This document shows, in pieces, positions 1 through 8,110 of a stretch of 38,281 nucleotides of DNA (position 1 is the stretch's first letter; each line of letters begins with the position of its first letter). The position numbers and the translations under genes are program-made. Origin of the DNA: Acetobacteraceae bacterium (GTDB lineage: Bacteria > Pseudomonadota > Alphaproteobacteria > Acetobacterales > Acetobacteraceae); the NCBI GenBank assembly GCA_043750075.1, contig JAYVCG010000169.1, forward strand, positions 1-38,281. The letters are read 5' to 3'. The notes below the pieces were generated by a model. The model was not told the DNA's origin. It did not search any database and saw only the letters and a list, made by a program, of their open reading frames with translations.

Positions 1-498
1 CGGCGCGGCGATCCCGCAGGCATGGGCCAGCCACAGGACGATCGCGCGCGAAACGAGGTCTTCTTCAGCGGCGCGATCCCGCCGGCCCTTGGCCATCACG
101 CCCGTGCAGTGCGCGATGCCGGCGGAGGTGGCGAAGGCAATATGAAACCGGTGCTCGCCCTTGCGCGGCCGATCGCTTACCAGCGCCGCCGTCGCGCCAA
201 GGCCAACCAGATCGGTGTCCGCTGGCGCCAGCCTGGCCGCGCGCGCCCGCGCGCTCCGCGCCATCGCGATCGCGGTATCGGCACTGCATGCCTGTGCCGG
301 TGCGAAGCCGAGAAACGCCGCGAGCGCCAGCGCGTCGTAGGGAATGTGTGCCTCGATCAGCAGCCGGGAGCCGCCGGGAACACGCAGCAACTCGCCGACC
401 GCCCCGCTGCCGCCCCCGGTGATCGCGAGCGCGGCCTTGCGGCCGGACGCGTGTACCGTGGAGATCAGTTGCCGCCACGCAGCGTCCGGTGGTGTCAT
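1..498 (-). CDS. 5' part of a gene for a CinA-C-like domain protein (family often fused to a C-terminal nucleotidyltransferase); runs off the window edge
   Basis: Not in the ORF track. Manual translation from ATG at 498: MTPPDAAWRQLISTVHASGRKAALAITGGGSGAVGELLRVPGGSRLLIEAHIPY...GLGATAALVSDRPRKGEHRFHIA..., open to base 1. Confidence 0.6.
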   Translation of the reverse strand, partial: MTPPDAAWRQLISTVHASGRKAALAITGGGSGAVGELLRVPGGSRLLIEAHIPYDALALAAFLGFAPAQACSADTAIAMARSARARAARLAPADTDLVGLGATAALVSDRPRKGEHRFHIAFATSAGIAHCTGVMAKGRRDRAAEEDLVSRAIVLWLAHACGIAAP

Positions 499-578
499 GG
501 TGCGTGTGTTGTCCAAAGGTGAATGGCGCGTCGCGGAGGGTGAGAGACAATGCGGACGGAGTCAACGGAGTCTTCTGG

Positions 579-812
579 CCCAAAAAACCGACCCATCTTC
601 CCCCCGCCCGCGAAACCCCCGAATAAGCTTCCCCACGGTAAGACACGGCGAGGCGGACAAGGCATGGCGGGCACATGACATCGGTTGATCTGGCCGTACT
701 GGGCGTGATGTTCCTCTCGGGGCTGGTCGCCCTCATGCGCGGTCTCGTCCGCGAAGTGCTCAGCGTCGCCGCCTGGCTGGGCGCCGCGGCGGTCGCCACC
801 ACCTTCATGCCC
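579..812 (+). repeat. Left copy of a ~230-bp direct repeat (cvpA upstream region plus first 46 codons)
   Basis: Matches 3669..3900 except for about 6 substitutions and an A-run length difference. Confidence 0.95.
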
Positions 813-824
813 AGGCATTCATGA
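675..824 (+). pseudogene. cvpA: Truncated cvpA 5' fragment (49 codons)
   Basis: MTSVDLAVLGVMFLSGLVALMRGLVREVLSVAAWLGAAAVATTFMP is identical to the CvpA N-terminus at 3763, then RHS-stop. Confidence 0.9.
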
Positions 825-925
825 ACGCGGGTTACCCGGCGCCCCATTGGGTTTCATTCGGAATCTCCGCCAGCGCGGCCCGTGGCGGAAGACAGCCGTG
901 ACCGCTCCGTGTTAGGCTCGTCCCC

Positions 926-1513
926 ATGAACAGTGCTCTTCGTCATCCCCCCATGACGCGCGAGGCCTTCCTCGATTGGGCCGCGCTCCAGGACCAGCGG
1001 TACGAGTTCGATGGCTTCCAGCCCGTCGCGATGACTGGCGGCACGCGCGACCACAGCCAGATTTGCCAGAACATTTACGCCGCCTTGCGCGCGCGGCTGA
1101 AGGGCACCGGTTGCGTGCCGCTGGGGCCGGATGCCGGTGTCGCCACCATCGGCGATGCCGTCCGCTATCCCGATGCCCTCGTGACCTGCACGAAGGGACC
1201 GGGGAGCGATCGCGTCGTGCCAGGGGTCGTGGTGGTCTTCGAGGTGCTCAGTCCAACCTCCGGGCGGACGGACCGGATCGATAAGCTGCGCGAATACCAG
1301 GCGGTTCCGTCCATCCGCCGCTACGTCATCCTGGAACACGGCAGCGTTAGCCTCGCGGTCCATGCCCGTGCGAGGGGGGAGGATGCCTGGACCGCGACCG
1401 CCCTGACCGAGGGTGACGTGTTGCAGATGCCGGAAATTGGGATCGAGGTTCCGGTGGTTGAGTTTTACGAGGAGACGGATTTTGTGGGGGGCATCTTTCC
1501 ACCTGCTCAATGA
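926..1513 (+). CDS. Uma2 (DUF820) family PD-(D/E)xK endonuclease-like protein
   Basis: MTREAFLDW..RYEFDG..VAMTGGTRDH, RYPDALV, VVFEVLSPTS..DRIDKLREYQAVPSIRRYVILE. Confidence 0.9.
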   Translation: MNSALRHPPMTREAFLDWAALQDQRYEFDGFQPVAMTGGTRDHSQICQNIYAALRARLKGTGCVPLGPDAGVATIGDAVRYPDALVTCTKGPGSDRVVPGVVVVFEVLSPTSGRTDRIDKLREYQAVPSIRRYVILEHGSVSLAVHARARGEDAWTATALTEGDVLQMPEIGIEVPVVEFYEETDFVGGIFPPAQ

Positions 1514-1597
1514 AGTAGATGATGACCACTGCTGACACATGAATAAAATGGCTTAAGTTCCGGCCTTAGCTTGCTCGACGGACAATAGGAGGATAAA

Positions 1598-2776
1598 ATG
1601 GATATCAGGAATATTTTTAAGGCAATAAGTGAGCAGCTTATCCTTGAATTTCGAAAAACCGCAGAGGTATCCCACTCTGGAGGCAAGGGAACCCTGAGAG
1701 AAGACGCTTTCAGCGAATTTCTTGGGAAGCACCTGCCTTCGCGATATGGAATTGGTCGTGGCGAAGTGATAACGCCGGAAAATCGTGTAAGCGGCCAGTT
1801 AGATATTATCATATATGACCAGACGCACTGTCCCGCGTTACTCGCTTCGTCATCACATTCTGTTTTTCCCATTGAAAGTGTCTATGGCGCCATAAGCATG
1901 AAATCAAAGCTGTCTTCCCAAGGGTTAGAAGATGCCTATGGAAATATATCAGCCTTCAAAAAAATAATATCCAAAAAGGGATTTACACATTCTTTGATAT
2001 CAGGATTGAGCACAGGCTTCTCTTATCCTGTTCCTGTTACTGGTATAGTAGCTTACGGTGCTGACCGTAGCCTTGAAGCAATTGCCAAACAAGTAAAAAA
2101 ACTCGATGAGAACTTACCAGATTTGATGACAAGACCGGATTTTATAGCGATCATTGGTGTAGGTATCGTAGGTCCACGCAATCAATTGCGAGGAGATTTT
2201 AATAAGTGTGAATTCACCACAGATATTAATGACATGTCTCAAATTCGGAAAACCGGTCGGCACACACTCTTGCGTCTTTATCTGCAAATATTGCAGGAGT
2301 TGAATACAGTTACGCTAAGACCATTAAATCTCCGTAGTTATGACGACATGCCTCGAATTATAGGTCCGCACCGTGTTGGTCGACACAGCCGGTTTGGAAG
2401 GCACGGAGATGACAGAGGGTTTGTGCTGCGTCTTACAGAACGTGCGATCCAAGAGATATTGTCGAAATCCAAGCCAGTAACTTTTAAAGAACACTGGCAA
2501 AATAGATTTGAGAGTATAGAGATAGACCAAAATTTTCTTGGAAATCTCGATGAAACTGTGTACGAATATAATCCTAATAATCTGCCTCCATTTAATCCGA
2601 TCAACATTCAACGGGGCGAGGAAGGCTCCGTATACTCAGCCGTTCCAGCATTTCTTCCACTCCCTCTGGATATAGATGGTAAGCAATACTCAGTAGATGT
2701 GACCGCCTTGTCGGAAGCAGATGGTCATTTAGAGCCAGACCCAGATTTTACATTTGAAGAGCTGATGTCGTCCTGA
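1598..2776 (+). CDS. DUF6602-like restriction-endonuclease-fold protein with C-terminal extension
   Basis: HSGGKGTLRE..FLGKHLPSRYGIGRGEVI..SGQLDIIIYD..P..FPIESVYGAISMKSKL; RBS AGGAGG upstream; visibly AT-rich relative to flanks. Confidence 0.75.
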   Translation: MDIRNIFKAISEQLILEFRKTAEVSHSGGKGTLREDAFSEFLGKHLPSRYGIGRGEVITPENRVSGQLDIIIYDQTHCPALLASSSHSVFPIESVYGAISMKSKLSSQGLEDAYGNISAFKKIISKKGFTHSLISGLSTGFSYPVPVTGIVAYGADRSLEAIAKQVKKLDENLPDLMTRPDFIAIIGVGIVGPRNQLRGDFNKCEFTTDINDMSQIRKTGRHTLLRLYLQILQELNTVTLRPLNLRSYDDMPRIIGPHRVGRHSRFGRHGDDRGFVLRLTERAIQEILSKSKPVTFKEHWQNRFESIEIDQNFLGNLDETVYEYNPNNLPPFNPINIQRGEEGSVYSAVPAFLPLPLDIDGKQYSVDVTALSEADGHLEPDPDFTFEELMSS

Positions 2777-2980
2777 CTATCCTGTCTCGCCGCTTGAGAC
2801 ATTTCCCTCTTGTTGATCGTCAGGGTGAATCCTTAAGGAGCGGACCTCAGTAATAATTTTGGCAAACGCTTCACACCTTTTCCGTCAGTCCTATCGCTCC
2901 GTACTCCGAACAGGCGGACCCCCGCCACTTCCGCCCAAAACAAACCCTGGTTTCACCATCCAATCCCATGACAGGCCCCC

Positions 2981-3274
2981 ATGGACCCCAACACCGCCAT
3001 CACCCTGCTGAAAGCCCACGAAGCCGAATTGCGCCACCTTGGTGTTCAGCACCTCTGGCTGTTCGGCTCCACCGCGCGAGGAGAAGCCAGACCCGACTCA
3101 GACGTCGATCTGTTTTTTGACCATGAATGGGGCGCATTGAGTCTGTTCGACATCATGGAAATTCAGGACGTCACAACCCGCATCCTCGGCCGCGAGACGG
3201 ATGCGATGACCCGCTCCAGTCTGCATCCGGTCTTGCGGGAACGCATCGAACATTCCGCCCTCCAGGTATTTTGA
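2981..3274 (+). CDS. Minimal nucleotidyltransferase (MNT) antitoxin
   Basis: LWLFGSTARGEARPDSDVDL (GS-x10-DxD motif), 97 aa. Confidence 0.9.
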   Translation: MDPNTAITLLKAHEAELRHLGVQHLWLFGSTARGEARPDSDVDLFFDHEWGALSLFDIMEIQDVTTRILGRETDAMTRSSLHPVLRERIEHSALQVF

Positions 3275-3627
3275 TGGCCGTGTCCTCCCCCGCGCCACGC
3301 CTGAAGGACATCGTGGAGGCGATTGGATACATCTGGTCGGACATGGACAACGCCACGCTGGAAGCCTTCGCCGGCGACCGCCGGAAACGATGGCAGGTTG
3401 AGCGAGGTCTGGAAATCGTCTCGGAGGCAAGCCGCCACTTGCCAGAGGCCATGAAAGCCCGGCATCCGGAAATCCCCTGGCGGAAGGTCGCGGGGATCGG
3501 CAACGTGCTTCGCCACGAATACGCGCGCGTCGCCGCCGATGCCCTGTGGCGTCTGGTCAGGGACGATCTGGGTGTGTTGGAGCAGGTCTGCCGCGCGGAA
3601 CTGGCGGCCCTGCCACCCTCTCCGTGA
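3274..3627 (+). CDS. HEPN (DUF86/HepT-like) toxin of an MNT-HEPN module
   Basis: ATG overlaps the MNT stop (TGATG); VERGLEIVSEASRHLP..HPEIPWRKVAGIGNVLRHEY. Confidence 0.9.
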   Translation: MAVSSPAPRLKDIVEAIGYIWSDMDNATLEAFAGDRRKRWQVERGLEIVSEASRHLPEAMKARHPEIPWRKVAGIGNVLRHEYARVAADALWRLVRDDLGVLEQVCRAELAALPPSP

Positions 3628-3668
3628 CCAGCCCGCCGCCAGAGGAAGTCGGCCCTGTCCCCCCTCCC

Positions 3669-3900
3669 CCCAAAACCGACCCATCTTCCCCCCGCCCGTG
3701 AAACCCCCGAATAAGCTTCCCCACGGTAAGACACGGCGAGGGACACAAGGCATGGCGGGCACATGACATCGGTTGATCTGGCCGTACTGGGCGTGATGTT
3801 CCTCTCGGGGCTGGTCGCCCTCATGCGCGGCCTCGTCCGCGAGGTGCTCAGCGTCGCCGCCTGGCTGGGCGCCGCGGCGGTCGCCACCACCTTCATGCCC
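3669..3900 (+). repeat. Right copy of the ~230-bp direct repeat; supplies the upstream region and 5' end of intact cvpA
   Basis: Matches 579..812. Confidence 0.95.
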
Positions 3901-4341
3901 CTGGCGCGACCCATGGTCAGCCAATGGGTGCCCTCCCCCGAGTGGACCGACCCGGCGGGCTACATCATCCTGTTCCTGGTCTCGCTGATCCTCTTCACGC
4001 TGATCGCCAAGCTGATCGGCGGCGCGGTCCGCTCGTCAGCCATCGGCGGGGTCGATCGCAGCCTGGGGTTTTTGTTCGGTCTGGCGCGCGGCGCGGCCAT
4101 CGCGGTCGTGGCCTACATCATCGCGGGCATGGCCATCCCGGTCGATCATTGGCCGGCCCAGGTGCTGGAGGCGCGGTCATTGCCGTATGTGTATGATGGG
4201 GCGAAACTGGTGGTGCGGTTGATTCCGCCGGAATACCAGCCACCTGTTCAGGCGCCACCGCCCGCGCGACAAACCGGCGTGGAAGGGGTAAGAAGCGCCA
4301 CCCCGGCGGGCCGGGCAATCGACAGGCCCTCTCCCAGGTGA
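3763..4341 (+). CDS. cvpA: CvpA family membrane protein
   Basis: RGLVREVLS..W and DRSLGFLFGLARG motifs; directly upstream of purF. Confidence 0.95.
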   Translation: MTSVDLAVLGVMFLSGLVALMRGLVREVLSVAAWLGAAAVATTFMPLARPMVSQWVPSPEWTDPAGYIILFLVSLILFTLIAKLIGGAVRSSAIGGVDRSLGFLFGLARGAAIAVVAYIIAGMAIPVDHWPAQVLEARSLPYVYDGAKLVVRLIPPEYQPPVQAPPPARQTGVEGVRSATPAGRAIDRPSPR

Positions 4342-4356
4342 CAGGAAAGCTTCCAC

Positions 4357-5874
4357 ATGGCCGATGAAATCCGGGACGCCACCGACGACGCTTTTCACGA
4401 CAATGCCGTGCGCGGCGCTTACTCGCGCGACGATGACGACGCCTTCCATGAGGAATGCGGCGTGTTCGGCGTCTGGAACGTCCCCGACGCCGCCGCCGTG
4501 ACCGCCCTGGGTCTGCACGCCTTGCAGCACCGCGGCCAGGAATCGGCGGGCATCGTCACCTTCGACGGCGACAAGTTCCACTCCCATCGCGGCCTGGGCT
4601 CGGTGGGCGATAATTTCGGCGACAAGGCGGTGATCGACCGGCTGCCGGGCCGCATCGCCATCGGCCATAACCGCTATGCCACCACCGGCGACACGGTGCT
4701 CCGCAATGTCCAGCCGCTGTATGCCGATTTCGAGTTCGGCGGCTTCGCGGTGGCGCATAACGGCAACCTCACCAACGCGCACCTGCTGCGCCGCGCTTTG
4801 GTGCGCCGGGGCTGCCTGTTCCAATCGACCACCGACTCCGAGGTGTTCATCCAGCTCATCGCCATCAGCCTCTATTCCACCGTGGTGGACCGGCTGATCG
4901 ACGCGCTGAAACAGGTGATCGGCGCCTGGTCCCTGGTCGCCCTGTCGAACGAGGCGATGATGGGCGTGCGCGACTCCCTCGGCGTCCGCCCCCTCATCCT
5001 GGGCCGCATCGGCTCGGAGGGCACCGGCGGCTGGGTGCTGGCCAGCGAAACCTGCGCCCTCGACATCGTCGGCGCCGATTTCGTGCGCGATGTCGAACCG
5101 GGGGAGATCGTCATCATCGACGACCAGGGCGTGCGCAGCATCCGCCCCTTCTCCAAACAGCGCGAACGCTTCTGCGTGTTCGAGTATATTTATTTCGCCC
5201 GCCCCAGTTCGCTGATGGAAGGCACCTCGGTCTACGAGGCGCGCAAGCGCATCGGCCGCGAACTGGCCATCGAATCCGCGGTGGATGCCGATGTCATCGT
5301 CCCCGTGCCCGATTCCGGGATGCCCGCCGCCATGGGGTATTCCACCGAAAGCGGCATCCCGTTCGAGCTTGGCATCATCCGCAACCAGTATATCGGCCGC
5401 ACCTTCATCGAACCCACCGAGCACATCCGCCATCTGGGCGTGAAGCTGAAACACTCCGCCAACCGGCCCGTGCTGAAGGACAAGCGCGTCATCCTGGTGG
5501 ACGATTCCATCGTCCGCGGCACCACCAGCAAGAAGATCGTCGAAATGGTCCGCGCGGCGGGCGCGAGCGAAGTCCACATGCGGATTGCCTCCCCGCCCAC
5601 GATGCATTCCTGTTTCTATGGCATCGACACGCCGGAACGCTCGCAACTGCTCGCCGCCAGCCATGACGTGGAGCAGATGGCGCACCTGATCGGCGCCGAC
5701 AGCCTGGCGTTCGTGTCCATCGACGGCCTCTACCGGGCGCTTGGCAAGGCGGGCCGCGACCCGGCCGCGCCGCATTACTGCGATGCCTGCTTCACCGGCG
5801 ATTACCCGATCCCGCTGCCGGATCAGGCGGATAACGGCAACCGGCAACTCAGCCTGCTGTCCGAACTGCGCTGA
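4357..5874 (+). CDS. purF: Amidophosphoribosyltransferase
   Basis: EECGVFG, ALQHRGQESAG, IGHNRYAT, CVFEYIYFARP, VILVDDSIVRGTT. Confidence 0.98.
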   Translation: MADEIRDATDDAFHDNAVRGAYSRDDDDAFHEECGVFGVWNVPDAAAVTALGLHALQHRGQESAGIVTFDGDKFHSHRGLGSVGDNFGDKAVIDRLPGRIAIGHNRYATTGDTVLRNVQPLYADFEFGGFAVAHNGNLTNAHLLRRALVRRGCLFQSTTDSEVFIQLIAISLYSTVVDRLIDALKQVIGAWSLVALSNEAMMGVRDSLGVRPLILGRIGSEGTGGWVLASETCALDIVGADFVRDVEPGEIVIIDDQGVRSIRPFSKQRERFCVFEYIYFARPSSLMEGTSVYEARKRIGRELAIESAVDADVIVPVPDSGMPAAMGYSTESGIPFELGIIRNQYIGRTFIEPTEHIRHLGVKLKHSANRPVLKDKRVILVDDSIVRGTTSKKIVEMVRAAGASEVHMRIASPPTMHSCFYGIDTPERSQLLAASHDVEQMAHLIGADSLAFVSIDGLYRALGKAGRDPAAPHYCDACFTGDYPIPLPDQADNGNRQLSLLSELR

Positions 5875-6617
5875 TGCCAGAGGCAGTGTTGCCAGAGGGA
5901 GCGTTGCCGGAGGGAGCGTTATCCGGCCGCGTGGCCCTCGTCACCGGCGCCAGCCGGGGACTGGGCGCCGCGGTGGCGATCGAACTCGGGCGTCTGGGCG
6001 CGCATGTCGTCATCACCGCCCGCACCCAGGGCGGGCTGGAGGACACCGACGACGCCATCCGCGCCGCTGGCGGCACCGCCACGCTGCTGCCTCTCGACCT
6101 GCGCGAGCCTGACAGGCTGGAAGCCATCGGCCCCAGCATTTTCGCCCGTTTCGCCCGCCTGGACATCGTGGTCCACGCCGCCGCCGTACTGGGCAAACTG
6201 ACCCCCGTGGGCCACGCCACGTCCGAGGACCGCACGGAAGTGCTGGCGGTGAACACGCTCGCGCCCTGGCGGCTGATCCAGGGCTGTGACGCGATCCTGC
6301 GCCGGTCCGACGCTGGCCGTGCCGTGTTCGTTACCGACGACACCCGCGTTCGCGAGCCCATGGCCTATTGGGGTCCCTACGCCGCTTCCAAGGCCGCCGC
6401 CCATCATCTCGTCCTCACCTGGGCCGCCGAGGTCACGGGCACGGCGCTGCGGGTCAATCTGTTCGACCCCGGCCCGATGCGTACCCGGCTGCGCGGCACC
6501 GCGTTTCCGGGCGAGCCGCCTGCTTCGGTCCCTCCTCCCGCCGCCGCCGCCGCCGCCCTGTGCGTCCTGTGCCTGCCCGTTGAGACACGGCATGGCCTGG
6601 TGATCCCCCACCGCTGA
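5874..6617 (+). CDS. Short-chain dehydrogenase/reductase (YciK-like)
   Basis: VTGASRGLG, YAASK, DPGPMRT; coupled to the purF stop. Confidence 0.9.
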   Translation: MPEAVLPEGALPEGALSGRVALVTGASRGLGAAVAIELGRLGAHVVITARTQGGLEDTDDAIRAAGGTATLLPLDLREPDRLEAIGPSIFARFARLDIVVHAAAVLGKLTPVGHATSEDRTEVLAVNTLAPWRLIQGCDAILRRSDAGRAVFVTDDTRVREPMAYWGPYAASKAAAHHLVLTWAAEVTGTALRVNLFDPGPMRTRLRGTAFPGEPPASVPPPAAAAAALCVLCLPVETRHGLVIPHR

Positions 6618-6778
6618 GACGGAGAAAGGTCCGGGCTCCGCCCTGAAACCCGCCCCATGGCCCTTTGGGAGGCTTTGCCCCCTGGACCCGCGGGTTCATG
6701 GCGCCTTCCCCCAAATTCACCCCCCCTCCCCCGGATAAGGCGCATGACGGCGCCCCGCGCGCGATGTTATGCTGCGGA

Positions 6779-8110
6779 ATGACCGCTGAACCCGAGGACA
6801 CCTCCCCCGCCCCCACCATCGCCGAACTGATCGCCGCGCGGACGCATCTGCGCGCGCACGCTCAGGACGGGCTGGTGATGGAGGATGTGCCGCTGCATCG
6901 CCTCGCCGCCGCCGTGGGCACGCCCGCCTGGGTCTATTCCGCGGGCGCGTTGCGCACCCGTTACCGCGCCCTGACCGCCGCTCTAAAGGACGCGGGCCTC
7001 GACGCGCATGTGCATTACGCGGTGAAGGCCAACGACCATCTGGCGATCCTGTCGCTGCTGGGACGCGAGGGCGCCGGGGCCGACGTGGTTAGCGAGGGGG
7101 AAATCCTGCGCGCCCGCGCCGCCGGCATTCCCCCCAGCCGCATCGTCTATTCCGGCATGGGCAAGACGGAGCGCGAACTGCGCCTCGCGCTCACCGAGGA
7201 CATTGGCCAGATCAACGTCGAAAGCATCGAGGAACTGCGGATGCTCTCCGCCATCGCCAGCGCGATGGGGCGGACCGCGCGGATCGCGCCCAGGATCAAT
7301 CCGGATGTGGATGCGGGAACGCATGAGAAGATCTCGACCGGACGGGCGGGCGACAAGTTCGGCATTCCTTATGCGGAGGCAGTCGCTTTTTACGCCGAGG
7401 CGGCGCGGCTGCCGGGGATCGAGCCGGTCGGCCTCGCCACCCATATCGGCAGCCAGATCATGGATCTGGCCCCGTACCGCGCAGCCTTCGCGCGGATCGC
7501 CGATCTGGTCCGCGTCCTGCGGGACCAGGGCCACACCGTCCGCGTGGTCGATTGCGGCGGTGGTCTGGGCATTCCCTACCGCAACCAGCCCGGTCCTGGG
7601 CCGGAGGGACTGGCGGGCGCGATCAGGGGCGCGTTCCACAATATGGACGTGCGTGTGGCGCTGGAGCCGGGACGCTGGCTGGTGGGCCCCGCGGGCCTGC
7701 TGCTGACCTCCGTTGTGCTCCAAAAGCAGGCGCCGGGCATGCGGTTCGTGGTGCTCGACGCCGCCATGAACGACCTCGTGCGGCCCGCGATGTATGATGC
7801 CTGGCATGGCATCGTCCCGGTCGCGGCGGCGGACATCGTGGCGCCGGTCAGCCCGGCGGATGTGGTTGGCCCGATCTGCGAAACCGGTGATACCTTCGCG
7901 CGCGACCGGCTGCTGCCTGACCTGGCGCCTGGCGCGCTGATGGCCATCCTCGACGCCGGTGCCTATGGTTCGGTCATGAGTTCGCCCTACAACGCCCGTC
8001 CGCGCGCGGCCGAGATCATGGTCGATGGCGCCCGCTGGACCCTCATCCGCGCCCGCCAGACGCATGCCGCGCTCTGGGCTGGCGACATCATCCCGGACAC
8101 GCCCGCATGA
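6779..8110 (+). CDS. lysA: Diaminopimelate decarboxylase (start probably ATG 6779)
   Basis: HYAVKAN (PLP lysine), HIGSQI, GGGLG, EPGR, GPICETGD, GAYGSVMSSPYN. Confidence 0.95.
   Translation: MTAEPEDTSPAPTIAELIAARTHLRAHAQDGLVMEDVPLHRLAAAVGTPAWVYSAGALRTRYRALTAALKDAGLDAHVHYAVKANDHLAILSLLGREGAGADVVSEGEILRARAAGIPPSRIVYSGMGKTERELRLALTEDIGQINVESIEELRMLSAIASAMGRTARIAPRINPDVDAGTHEKISTGRAGDKFGIPYAEAVAFYAEAARLPGIEPVGLATHIGSQIMDLAPYRAAFARIADLVRVLRDQGHTVRVVDCGGGLGIPYRNQPGPGPEGLAGAIRGAFHNMDVRVALEPGRWLVGPAGLLLTSVVLQKQAPGMRFVVLDAAMNDLVRPAMYDAWHGIVPVAAADIVAPVSPADVVGPICETGDTFARDRLLPDLAPGALMAILDAGAYGSVMSSPYNARPRAAEIMVDGARWTLIRARQTHAALWAGDIIPDTPA

Larger units (their letters stand above)
579..3900. mobile_element. 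Nuclease/toxin-antitoxin islet inserted at the 5' end of cvpA
   Basis: Long direct repeats enclose Uma2, an AT-rich DUF6602-like gene and an MNT-HEPN pair; no integrase inside. Confidence 0.7.
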
